A stretch of 64,000 bases of DNA from assembly GCA_963776275.1 (NCBI GenBank), contig CAVZMI010000023.1, forward strand, positions 320,001 through 384,000, read 5' to 3'. A model generated the notes under the pieces. The model saw nothing but the letters and a program-made list of their open reading frames with translations. It was not told the DNA's origin and made no database searches. Each line of letters opens with the position of its first letter. The stretch's first letter is position 1. Shown here piece by piece: positions 10,755 through 18,561 of the stretch. The stretch is from Ignavibacteriota bacterium (GTDB lineage Bacteria; Bacteroidota; Ignavibacteria; UBA10030; CAVZMI01). The translations under genes and the position numbers were made by a program.

Positions 10755-11653
10755 ATCGCCACGACAGGTTTTTTCATTTTTGCGGTCATATACGCATGTG
10801 CCATTCGCGGTGTATTGAACGCCAGTCCCACCTCTCCTTTTCTATTAAGAGCGATCACACCACCGGTACCATTTACTTTCTTTTTGAGAATTCCGATTCC
10901 GTGTTTGGCAGCTGCATCAGGATTTCCACCATTACATGCCATTGAATCGATCACAGCTTTCGCCATGACAATCGTAATTATACCTTCTCCCCACCCCGAT
11001 GCAGATACTCCGCCAATATCATTTTCAGCATAGACACCGGAGCCTATGAGCGGAGAATCGCCAACACGGCCGGGATGCTTATGGGGAGTTCCCCCCGTCG
11101 ATGTACCTGCAACAATTACACCTTTTTTATCCATTGCCACCGCACCCACGGTATCGCCATAATATTCCAGAGAATTCTTTTTCGGGGGAGTAGAATTCCC
11201 GGCATATAATACCTTCCATCGCTTCAGTTCGCGGGAGACAACCAATGTATCTGCCGGGCAGACCTTAAAACCATGTTCACGGGCAAACCGGGCAGCACCT
11301 ACTCCTGCAAGAAGAATGTACTCACTCTCCTCCATAATTTTTCTCGCAATCGAAATGGGGTGCAGAAAGTTTTGCAGGCATGCGACTGCACCTGCACGTA
11401 AGGTTTTCCCATTCATAATTCCTGCATCAAGCTCGATATGACCGAGGGCATTCATGACCGATCCGTATCCGGCATTGAAGGTAGGATCGTCTTCAAGTAC
11501 CATGATGGCACTTTCGACCGCATCGACCGCACTCCCTCCTATTTTCAGGACTTTCCACCCTTTTTTCAGGGCCTGTCGTACACCATGAAGATGAGCATCG
11601 ACCATTTCATCAGGAATGTCCCACGCCCCACCCTGTACTGCAATAGAAATCAT
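10751..11653 (-). CDS. iaaA: Isoaspartyl peptidase / L-asparaginase (Ntn hydrolase)
   Basis: FNAGYGS, GDTVGAVA (nucleophile Thr), TSTGG, GRVGDSP. Confidence 0.88.
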   Translation of the reverse strand: MISIAVQGGAWDIPDEMVDAHLHGVRQALKKGWKVLKIGGSAVDAVESAIMVLEDDPTFNAGYGSVMNALGHIELDAGIMNGKTLRAGAVACLQNFLHPISIARKIMEESEYILLAGVGAARFAREHGFKVCPADTLVVSRELKRWKVLYAGNSTPPKKNSLEYYGDTVGAVAMDKKGVIVAGTSTGGTPHKHPGRVGDSPLIGSGVYAENDIGGVSASGWGEGIITIVMAKAVIDSMACNGGNPDAAAKHGIGILKKKVNGTGGVIALNRKGEVGLAFNTPRMAHAYMTAKMKKPVVAI

Positions 11654-11786
11654 TGACGCGATACCTCAAAATTAAGCCTAGTATACAAAAACTCGCAGCA
11701 AGAATCAATCCGACGTTCAGCTTTTTACTGCTTGATTATCCTTTCCCTGTTTTGTAATTTATTTATCGTATTTCCACACCAGTCAC

Positions 11787-12830
11787 ATGTCAAAATTGCT
11801 TCTTTGTATTGAGCAAGAACCGGTGATCATTGCCGAGGGAGCCGTCATAGAACGGCTGCGAAGAACACCCGGAATTTCCCTCGACCCCCACCTGCTCAAT
11901 TCCGCTCTATTGTATAATGATGAAGGAAAGAAATATCTTGAAGAGATCTATCGTCAATACATCGACTGTGCATATCGCCGAAATCTTCCGATGATCGTTC
12001 TCACTCCTACCTGGCGCGCAAATCCCGAACGAATCTCGCGGGCAGGTTTGCCTACCCGCCAGAGTTCAAAGGATGTCGGCGGGCGTGCCCATGATGTTAA
12101 TAAAGATTGTTACGATTTCCTTGCAGAAATACGATCCGGCTATGGTGAATATGCCAAAAAAATATTTATCGGCGGACTCATGGGCTGTTATGGTGACGCG
12201 TATAAACCCGAAGAGGCATTACCTTCCGGGACAGCACATTTTTTCCACCGGGAACAGGTCCGAGCACTTGCGTCGTCCGGCGTCGATTTTCTTTTAGGGT
12301 CGACACTGCCGGCTTTCAGCGAAGCACTTGGGATGGCACAGGCAATGGCCGATTCGGGGTGTCCGTATATCCTGAGTTTTGTCATTCGTGCAAATTGTAG
12401 ACTCCTTGACGGCACGCTTCTCCCGGATGCGATTAACAATATCGATTCAACAGTATCACCTAAGCCAGCAGGATATATGATCAATTGTGTTCATCCGGAA
12501 ATATTTAGGAAGGCGGTGATGAATGCAGGTCAAGATCAATCCTTCGACTCCCCCTCGACTCATCCCACTACGCGGGACTTGCTCGGGGTCGCTCAGGACA
12601 AGGGTCTAGGTCGAGGGTTGATACATAGTAGAATCCTTGGACTCCAGGCGAACACGTCGCTCAGAAGTCCGGAAGAACTTGACGGCCGGGAAGAGCTCGA
12701 CGTGGAAAATCCGGACAGATTTGGCGAAATGATGGCATCGCTTCATAAAGATTTTTCACTCAAAATACTCGGTGGATGCTGCGGCACGGATGAGCGGCAC
12801 ATAGAGTCCATTGTCAGCTCGCTTACCTAA
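11787..12830 (+). CDS. Homocysteine S-methyltransferase family protein carrying two in-frame REP-derived insertions
   Basis: TPTWRAN, GDAYKP, INCVHP, GGCCGT Zn-binding motif. Confidence 0.88.
   Translation: MSKLLLCIEQEPVIIAEGAVIERLRRTPGISLDPHLLNSALLYNDEGKKYLEEIYRQYIDCAYRRNLPMIVLTPTWRANPERISRAGLPTRQSSKDVGGRAHDVNKDCYDFLAEIRSGYGEYAKKIFIGGLMGCYGDAYKPEEALPSGTAHFFHREQVRALASSGVDFLLGSTLPAFSEALGMAQAMADSGCPYILSFVIRANCRLLDGTLLPDAINNIDSTVSPKPAGYMINCVHPEIFRKAVMNAGQDQSFDSPSTHPTTRDLLGVAQDKGLGRGLIHSRILGLQANTSLRSPEELDGREELDVENPDRFGEMMASLHKDFSLKILGGCCGTDERHIESIVSSLT
12051..12083 (+). repeat. In-frame REP-like palindrome (33 nt)
   Basis: CCTACCCGCC...GGCGGG; same family as CCTGTCCGCC...GGCGGA at 16226-16254 and the inverted copy at 52-157. 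Confidence 0.6.
12540..12602 (+). repeat. In-frame three-layer nested REP-like insertion (63 nt)
   Basis: TCCTTCGACTC[CCCCTCGACT[CATCCCACTACGCGGGAC]TTGCTCGGGGT]CGCTCAGGACAAG. Confidence 0.75.
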
Positions 12831-12831
12831 C

Positions 12832-12859
12832 TTGACATTTCGTTAATAATTGTTATTAT
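12832..12859 (+). promoter_or_regulatory. Putative cassette-array promoter (Pc-like)
   Basis: TTGACA(12832-12837), 16-nt spacer containing an extended -10 TG, TATTAT(12854-12859); about 130 nt upstream of the attI-like site. Confidence 0.6.
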
Positions 12860-12974
12860 ACGATAAAAGCGTTATTCTTTTTCCTCCAGAATCATCAGGA
12901 TAATGCATCGGCTTTTTTAAGAATGGAGCGTGAGATGCTCCACAGTATTTCAGAAACTATGGTTGACTGAGTCA

Positions 12975-12993
12975 ACCTAATCATAAGTTAGAA
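12975..12993 (+). other. attI-like integron recombination site
   Basis: L box ACCTAAT, 5-nt spacer CATAA, R box GTTAGAA; same geometry as attI1 (CCCTAAA-ACAAA-GTTRRRY). No long attC hairpin upstream. Confidence 0.7.
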
Positions 12994-13031
12994 CGCACCG
13001 ATATACATTCACAAATTCGGAGGATATCGAG

Positions 13032-13745
13032 ATGATCAATGACCTTCATGAACATACTATCGGCATCGCCCTAGGTGTTCGATTCAGGGCTAATTTTTCC
13101 ATTGAAGACCAATTGGGTGGAATAATCGATAAGATCCTATACTCGAAGGACTCATATTTCGGACCAAAAGTCTTCCCACTCGTCTACAACAACCCGAATG
13201 AAAAGGTCCTAATAAACGAGAACACCTTTGACAAACTGATTATCAACAACTCGAACATAATTCTCGAGGCAAACTTACTGGACTCGTTCAAAGGCGAGAC
13301 CATAGAAACGATACTCTCGAAATTCAACTCTCAAATTATAGACGGTGTCTTAAGGAACTACCGAGTCACCGAAATAAACCGCATTGGATTCATCCACAGA
13401 TACTTGTTTAAAATAGAGGATCTTGCTAAAACTTTTGTAAATAAAACGATCGGTGCTACTATCGAGGGAATTAACGACATAAATGTTCGCTTTACAAAAA
13501 AAATCCCGCTACCCGAGGCTATGGTAAAAAAGGACGTCAGTGATTACTTGAACGTCATCTTCAACGTTATCAAGCAGGCAGACCGAAACGAACTATTTGT
13601 ATCGGTTGACTTCCAGAAGTTATTCGATCCTTTCCTGACTTCTTCTTCTCAAATCGACTTTGATGATTTCACTAAGTTAGCACGCTCTTTCAATTCCAAG
13701 AGTTTCTTGGGTTGGTTCAATCAAAACTATGGGGTACTCAAATGA
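13032..13745 (+). CDS. Cassette 1 gene A: hypothetical, TIGR04255-like
   Basis: GGAGG RBS; N-terminal LGVRF strand and INRIGFIHRY motif resemble TIGR04255 proteins (recognised by eye). Confidence 0.6.
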   Translation: MINDLHEHTIGIALGVRFRANFSIEDQLGGIIDKILYSKDSYFGPKVFPLVYNNPNEKVLINENTFDKLIINNSNIILEANLLDSFKGETIETILSKFNSQIIDGVLRNYRVTEINRIGFIHRYLFKIEDLAKTFVNKTIGATIEGINDINVRFTKKIPLPEAMVKKDVSDYLNVIFNVIKQADRNELFVSVDFQKLFDPFLTSSSQIDFDDFTKLARSFNSKSFLGWFNQNYGVLK

Positions 13746-14182
13746 AATCAAGAAGCAGCCATACCGGTAAATCCATCGCGGACAAAGATTACTATGCAAG
13801 AGCCATCAGGAAGATGGAAGCCGAGCCCACCGTGGATGAAGCAGTTACTTTCTCTCAGACTGACGATACGCATCGAGATTTTAGCGTTCCCACGTCACGA
13901 AACAGAAGACCAGAGCCTGTTTTTTATCAGATTTCAGAGCACTTCAGAGAGAACTGGGTGAAATGGGTTCTCGCTGTTGCTGGGTTTGCATTGATGTATT
14001 TAATGGGCGATTCAAGAGCAACAATCACAGGCATCGACACCAAAGTGCAATATATTCAGGAGGACATAAAAGATCTAAAACAATCCAACCGCGAGAATTT
14101 ACAAAAGATTCAGAATCAGGAACTCCAAGTTCAAAAAAGCGAAATGCGCATCGAAAATCTCGAGAAGAAAAAGAGACCATAG
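13742..14182 (+). CDS. Cassette 1 gene B: hypothetical single-TM protein with C-terminal coiled coil
   Basis: ATGA overlap with gene A; TM segment WVKWVLAVAGFALMYLM; heptad-rich C-terminus. Confidence 0.7.
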   Translation: MKSRSSHTGKSIADKDYYARAIRKMEAEPTVDEAVTFSQTDDTHRDFSVPTSRNRRPEPVFYQISEHFRENWVKWVLAVAGFALMYLMGDSRATITGIDTKVQYIQEDIKDLKQSNRENLQKIQNQELQVQKSEMRIENLEKKKRP

Positions 14183-14213
14183 CCATCACACGAAACAACT
14201 TTTCGCCGTTGCG

Positions 14214-14433
14214 TTCTAACCGGTCGCTCAAGCTGACGTAATGAGCGCCCGCCTTCGTTATAAAACAAACTACAGCGGGCAGGTGGTTAAGCATGGCGCG
14301 CATAGGTCTTGTACAAAATTGAAAGCGCAGTAAATGAACTTGGTTCTTGTAGTACATTTTGAAAGTTATCGTTGCGGCTGCTCGTTTTTTGCGTCCCGCG
14401 CTTTTTGCGGGGCTTAGCCGCCATCCGTTAGTT
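14214..14433 (+). other. attC site 1 (intact, 220 bp)
   Basis: R'' TTCTAAC, 5 nt, L'' GCTCAAGC (extra C) ... L' GCTTAGC, CGCCATCC, R' GTTAGTT. Confidence 0.85.
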
Positions 14434-14469
14434 GGTGCCCATTCCATCATTTACATAAGGAGGACACTG

Positions 14470-14913
14470 ATGCCCCATCCCAAGAATCAACTCTATGTCT
14501 ACCTTTTCAATCGTATTGATAGCTCAATCGATAAAGGATATTTCCTTGAGTCTTCTTGGATTGCATATGCTATCATTGAAGACAGGTTAGATTCCATTCT
14601 TGTCAAGGTCACAAATTATAAGGGGCGTTTGATAAGTCGCAAATTGGAATACTTATCCCGCATTTCAAATCCATTTGTTCGCACCGAGTTCCCAGCTGAT
14701 TTTATTAAGAGAATTAACAATTGGACAAACCGCAGAAATAATCTGACACATGAGATGGCGAATGCACGCCTTTCAATTCAACAAATCACTGATCGCTCAA
14801 AGCAGATCGCACTTGAAGGAGAAAAGCTTGCGCATGACGTGTCAAGTGCCGTAATGCGGGCGAAAAAGCATCTGAAGAAAAAAAGTCGCCAGCCAACCAA
14901 CGACTCAAGCTAA
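14470..14913 (+). CDS. Cassette 2: HEPN-like protein
   Basis: AAGGAGG RBS before ATG 14470; helical, with an upstream AIIE motif and RNNLTH (R-x4-H). Confidence 0.65.
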   Translation: MPHPKNQLYVYLFNRIDSSIDKGYFLESSWIAYAIIEDRLDSILVKVTNYKGRLISRKLEYLSRISNPFVRTEFPADFIKRINNWTNRRNNLTHEMANARLSIQQITDRSKQIALEGEKLAHDVSSAVMRAKKHLKKKSRQPTNDSS

Positions 14914-15072
14914 CCGAATGAGTCCCGCAAAAAATACAAGGCAAGCTGTGCGCGCAAAATTAATGGCGCTCAAAGGTCTGGTGTAATTTGAGAGTCATCT
15001 TCGTAAAACTCGGTTTGTGTAGTACATTATTCTTAAATTTCATTGTGGCAAATTAGCCATCATCTGTTAGGC
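14895..15072 (+). other. attC site 2 (degenerate)
   Basis: AACCAAC-G-ACTCAAGC...AATTAGC-CATCATCT-GTTAGGC; body homologous to attC1 (ATGGCGC..AGGTCT, TGTAGTACATT). Confidence 0.75.
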
Positions 15073-15094
15073 GGCTGATATTCTGGAAGAATAT

Positions 15095-16141
15095 ATGGCA
15101 TCTCAATATGAAAACAGAACTAGTCCTGCATATGCCGATGTAATGCGCGGGTTAGTCAAGCCCTCTATGGCAAACAATCGGTTTATCTTAAAATGGTGGA
15201 CAACAAAACATGATGAACTTATCAAACAACAAATGTCAAAGTGGCAATGGTATTGGTTCCACTATATAAAGGATGAAGTTATCCTGCACACAGATTCTTC
15301 AATTATCGAGCATTGGAAGCGCGAAGATCCTGCATGCCGACGCGGTATAGGGACAGGTGCATGGTATAACGTCCTTGAATTTTTTGCATATGCGCGTGCT
15401 GAACAGATGAATCTAATAGGTTTAGTACGAGAACCAAAATGGAAATTGTGTCCATTATGTAATAACAAGTTCTTGGAAAATTCTCTCCCTGAACCACTTG
15501 CCAAAAAGCTTGGAGTAGATGGACTTGATTTTTGCGCTCCTTGTCTTACACCCAAAATTTTGCAAAGTACGGGAAACGACATTTTGACAAAAGAAGAGGT
15601 AAAGGAATATTTAAGGAAGTTATCCTCCATAATTCAAGCGATACCACACCAAGGATTTGGTGAAGGAGAGGAGGATATATTATACTTGAATTATGAACAA
15701 CGACTAGCAGCCCTGCAATTAATGTCGAATAAGCCATCAACGAAACACGTTAAGAAATTGTTTCTTTCTTGGCTTCATGCGTTGATAGAATCTGATATAC
15801 TCGAGGATGGAACGAGAAAAACAAGTCGAGGAACGATGTGTTTAGCAAAAGATGGTCATGCATGCCGCTCTCTCGCGGAGAAAACATTAGATGATTTTCT
15901 CTTTAATCATAGTGTCCCACATACACGCGAACCGTATTATCCAAATTCCAATTATCGTGCAGACTTCGATGTTAAAGGCGTGTATATAGAATACTTCGGA
16001 TTAATGGGAAATTATTTATATGACCAAAAGATCCAAGAGAAAAAGAAAATCGCTAAAGAAGTTGGTATTCGAATGATTCCTATTTATCCAAAGAACCTAT
16101 TAAATACCGTCTGGCTGAGTGAGACACTTCTTTCTATATGA
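15095..16141 (+). CDS. Cassette 3: Zn-ribbon protein with C-terminal PD-(D/E)xK/Vsr-like nuclease domain
   Basis: CPLC...CAPC; RSLAEKTLDDFL...EPYYP...RADF...YIEYFGL. Confidence 0.7.
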   Translation: MASQYENRTSPAYADVMRGLVKPSMANNRFILKWWTTKHDELIKQQMSKWQWYWFHYIKDEVILHTDSSIIEHWKREDPACRRGIGTGAWYNVLEFFAYARAEQMNLIGLVREPKWKLCPLCNNKFLENSLPEPLAKKLGVDGLDFCAPCLTPKILQSTGNDILTKEEVKEYLRKLSSIIQAIPHQGFGEGEEDILYLNYEQRLAALQLMSNKPSTKHVKKLFLSWLHALIESDILEDGTRKTSRGTMCLAKDGHACRSLAEKTLDDFLFNHSVPHTREPYYPNSNYRADFDVKGVYIEYFGLMGNYLYDQKIQEKKKIAKEVGIRMIPIYPKNLLNTVWLSETLLSI

Positions 16142-16150
16142 TTTGTTTTG

Positions 16151-16292
16151 CAGCCGCCTCCTAAGTAACTCATGAGTAGGAGTGCGTGGGCAGTGGTACA
16201 TGTTAAGTTATCGCCTGCTCGCCGGCCTGTCCGCCGTAGTGAAACGAAGGCGGAAGTGTTATTCACGTAGGCGTAGCGACCATCCATTAGTT
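16151..16292 (+). other. attC site 3 (degenerate, REP inserted at 16226-16254)
   Basis: CAGCCGCCT is complementary to the cassette start but AAC is lost; right arm AGTGTTATTCACGTAGGCGTAGCGACCATCC-ATTAGTT matches the arm ending at 17782. Confidence 0.65.
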
Positions 16293-16304
16293 AACAAGGG
16301 AAAA

Positions 16305-16769
16305 ATGAAAAAGAAATTATTATATTTTACACTACTTGCATTCTCAATATTTATTTTAATATGCGGATGCAATAAGAAAGAAATTAATTCACCCAATTCT
16401 ATGTCAATTGAATATCTTTCTTTTCAAGGCAATGGTTGTACTTCTTCAAATGTTTTATCAAAAACTAATGACGAAGCAGTTTTGAATTGGCAGTACGTGA
16501 ATGGCGTTCTTCAAATAGGCGTATTATTTAGTGCTCAATGTGTTGCTTCTATGAAGGATAGTGTTCTGGTATCAAATAATATCATTGATATATACCTTTC
16601 GGATACAAGTAGTGTTAGAGCTAAATGTAATTGTCCCTACAAAGTGATATTTAATTTTAGAGTAGAAGGAAATAATGAAATAAAAATATCATTTTATTAT
16701 AAACCTCAATCAGAATATTATTTGTTAGCTGATACAACCTTGATATTAATTGATTTACATGTTCGTTAG
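16305..16769 (+). CDS. Cassette 4: AT-rich lipoprotein of unknown function
   Basis: MKKK, hydrophobic stretch, ICGC lipobox; CNCPY motif. Confidence 0.75.
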   Translation: MKKKLLYFTLLAFSIFILICGCNKKEINSPNSMSIEYLSFQGNGCTSSNVLSKTNDEAVLNWQYVNGVLQIGVLFSAQCVASMKDSVLVSNNIIDIYLSDTSSVRAKCNCPYKVIFNFRVEGNNEIKISFYYKPQSEYYLLADTTLILIDLHVR

Positions 16770-16794
16770 GGTTTTCACTTTTTATTATTTTGCG

Positions 16795-16918
16795 GTATAA
16801 CCAGCGGCTCCCCGCAAACAATACGGGGTTTCACACAAAACGTTCAACAAGCTGACCCCGACCAAGAGTGTGTCGGAGCGGCCCGCCACAAAACTGGCGG
16901 GTAAACCATCCGTCAGAT
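16795..16918 (+). other. attC site 4 (two insertions)
   Basis: R'' GTATAAC-CAGCG-GCTC[38 nt]AAGCTGAC ... CGGAGCGG[24-nt palindrome]CCATCC-GTCAGAT. Confidence 0.65.
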
Positions 16919-16944
16919 GTAAAAGGAAATTAGCAGGAGGAAAT

Positions 16945-17682
16945 ATGAAATATTTAATTCTTCTTTTAACTTCTCTTTTGTTTTTATCTTGTTCAGATGA
17001 ACAAATAGTAAATCCAATTTTATTCCCAATTGATGAAGCAACAATTGGCGTCAGGAGCAAAATATTCTATCCTTCACTGGAATCGAATCAGATATTAAGC
17101 ATAGAGGATTTTGAATATAATATTAATGGTCAATTACAAAAAAAGATTTATTATAGCGGTAATAGGGAAATGATTTCACATTACGAGCTTTTCAACTATG
17201 ATAACAATGGAAAGCTTATATACAAATTGAATTTTCACAATAACATAAATTCTCCGACGGGATTTATTCTTCTGGATTCTACTATTTATTTATATTCTGC
17301 AAATTTACTTACTACAGAAAAAATAACTTATCCTTATGCAAGTTACGATATACTATACAACTTTGAATATGATGGAAAATATCTTATAAAAAAAACAAAA
17401 TATCATAACGAGGAATTAGAATCGTACATTATTTATAATTATAAAGATGGTATAATTCACAAGGAAATAATTTACTATAAGAATAATAGCATAACTGAAT
17501 CAAAAGAATATAAATATAAAAATGCAGTTTTAGTGGAAACAGTTTACTATGCCTCGAATAATGAAGCGAAGAGAAGAATAAGCTATAGTTACAATAATAA
17601 TGGAAAAATAGTAATAGAAAAAGTCGATGAACTTTTCGCTTATAGTTCGTCATTACCATACGTGGTAAAATATGAGTATTAA
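16945..17682 (+). CDS. Cassette 5: AT-rich lipoprotein with YD-like repeats
   Basis: AGGAGG RBS; FLSC lipobox; repeated (F/Y)xY(D/N)xxGKL motifs. Confidence 0.75.
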   Translation: MKYLILLLTSLLFLSCSDEQIVNPILFPIDEATIGVRSKIFYPSLESNQILSIEDFEYNINGQLQKKIYYSGNREMISHYELFNYDNNGKLIYKLNFHNNINSPTGFILLDSTIYLYSANLLTTEKITYPYASYDILYNFEYDGKYLIKKTKYHNEELESYIIYNYKDGIIHKEIIYYKNNSITESKEYKYKNAVLVETVYYASNNEAKRRISYSYNNNGKIVIEKVDELFAYSSSLPYVVKYEY

Positions 17683-17719
17683 AACGTATTGGTGCCGTAG
17701 TCCTAAAGGACTGCTATGC

Positions 17720-17782
17720 TGAGGTTAACCGCTCTATCCGCCAGAGTGTTATTCACGTAGGCGGAGCGGCCATCCGTTAGGC
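17720..17782 (+). other. attC site 5 (right arm only)
   Basis: AGTGTTATTCACGTAGGCGGAGCGGCCATCC-GTTAGGC. Confidence 0.65.
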
Positions 17783-17844
17783 GGCAATTCATAAATCCTG
17801 GCGGTTACATGACAAATAAAATCAACAATCTCGAAGGACGTACA

Positions 17845-18486
17845 ATGAAAGCTCGCATTCTTCTTCTTATAATTATCACGTTCTTTTTTGTCCTGATTTC
17901 TGAAGCACAAATCAGAGTTGGCCTACAGACAGGTCTGAATTTGGGGAGCTTAACATTACCAGACAATCTTGCCTCTAATGCTACAAGGAAAAATCTTACC
18001 GGTTTCACTATTGGAGGCGTTGGTGAACTTGCTCTTACAAATTCAATTTATCTTCAAATTGAACCTCGCTATATACAAAAAGGCTTCAAATCAGAGATTA
18101 CAGATGCTACAGGCACGGCAAAGGGAACTGAGACTATCAATTATTTTGAGTTGCCCATCCTAATCAAAGTAGAGTTTGGAGGGTCTTACTTACGGTCATT
18201 TGTTCTTGCAGGACCAAATATTGGCTTTTTGCTTTCAGCCTCTGAGGAAGTTATTGATTTTAGTGGACAGTCATTTCCTGTGCTCGACACTAAATCAAAT
18301 TACAAATCATACGATGTTGCTCTTGATTTCGGTGCAGGCGTAGAATACAGAATAACATCAACTCTTTCCTTGTTTTCTTCCGGACGATATTCTCTCGGTC
18401 TTGTAAATGTCTATGATGTTCCTGGTTATTCAGGAGAAACACGCGGTATCCAAATATATATTGGTGCGTTATTTAGTCTGGATTAA
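17845..18486 (+). CDS. Cassette 6: outer-membrane beta-barrel (porin family) protein
   Basis: Signal peptide; IEPRYIQKG, NYFELPILIK, AGPNIGFLLSA, GRYSLGL. Confidence 0.8.
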   Translation: MKARILLLIIITFFFVLISEAQIRVGLQTGLNLGSLTLPDNLASNATRKNLTGFTIGGVGELALTNSIYLQIEPRYIQKGFKSEITDATGTAKGTETINYFELPILIKVEFGGSYLRSFVLAGPNIGFLLSASEEVIDFSGQSFPVLDTKSNYKSYDVALDFGAGVEYRITSTLSLFSSGRYSLGLVNVYDVPGYSGETRGIQIYIGALFSLD

Positions 18487-18491
18487 TTGCC

Positions 18492-18515
18492 GCCTATCCA
18501 ACGTATCAAGCTGAT
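18492..18515 (+). other. attC site 6 (left arm only)
   Basis: GCCTATC (AAC changed to ATC)-CAACG-TATCAAGCTGAT; 18485-18498 is 13/14 complementary to 17776-17789. Confidence 0.7.
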
Positions 18516-18561
18516 GTAAGGAGCTGGGATACTTTAAGCATGGCAATCTTAGGAGGAATCT

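Noticed and set aside
11787-12990. Integron integrase upstream of attI
   Set aside because: No ORF with tyrosine-recombinase R-H-R-Y motifs on either strand here or elsewhere in the ORF track.
14359-14469. Upstream extensions of cassette ORFs (also 16182-16304 and 16870-16944)
   Set aside because: They run through attC sequence; RBS-supported ATGs at 14470, 16305 and 16945 are better starts.
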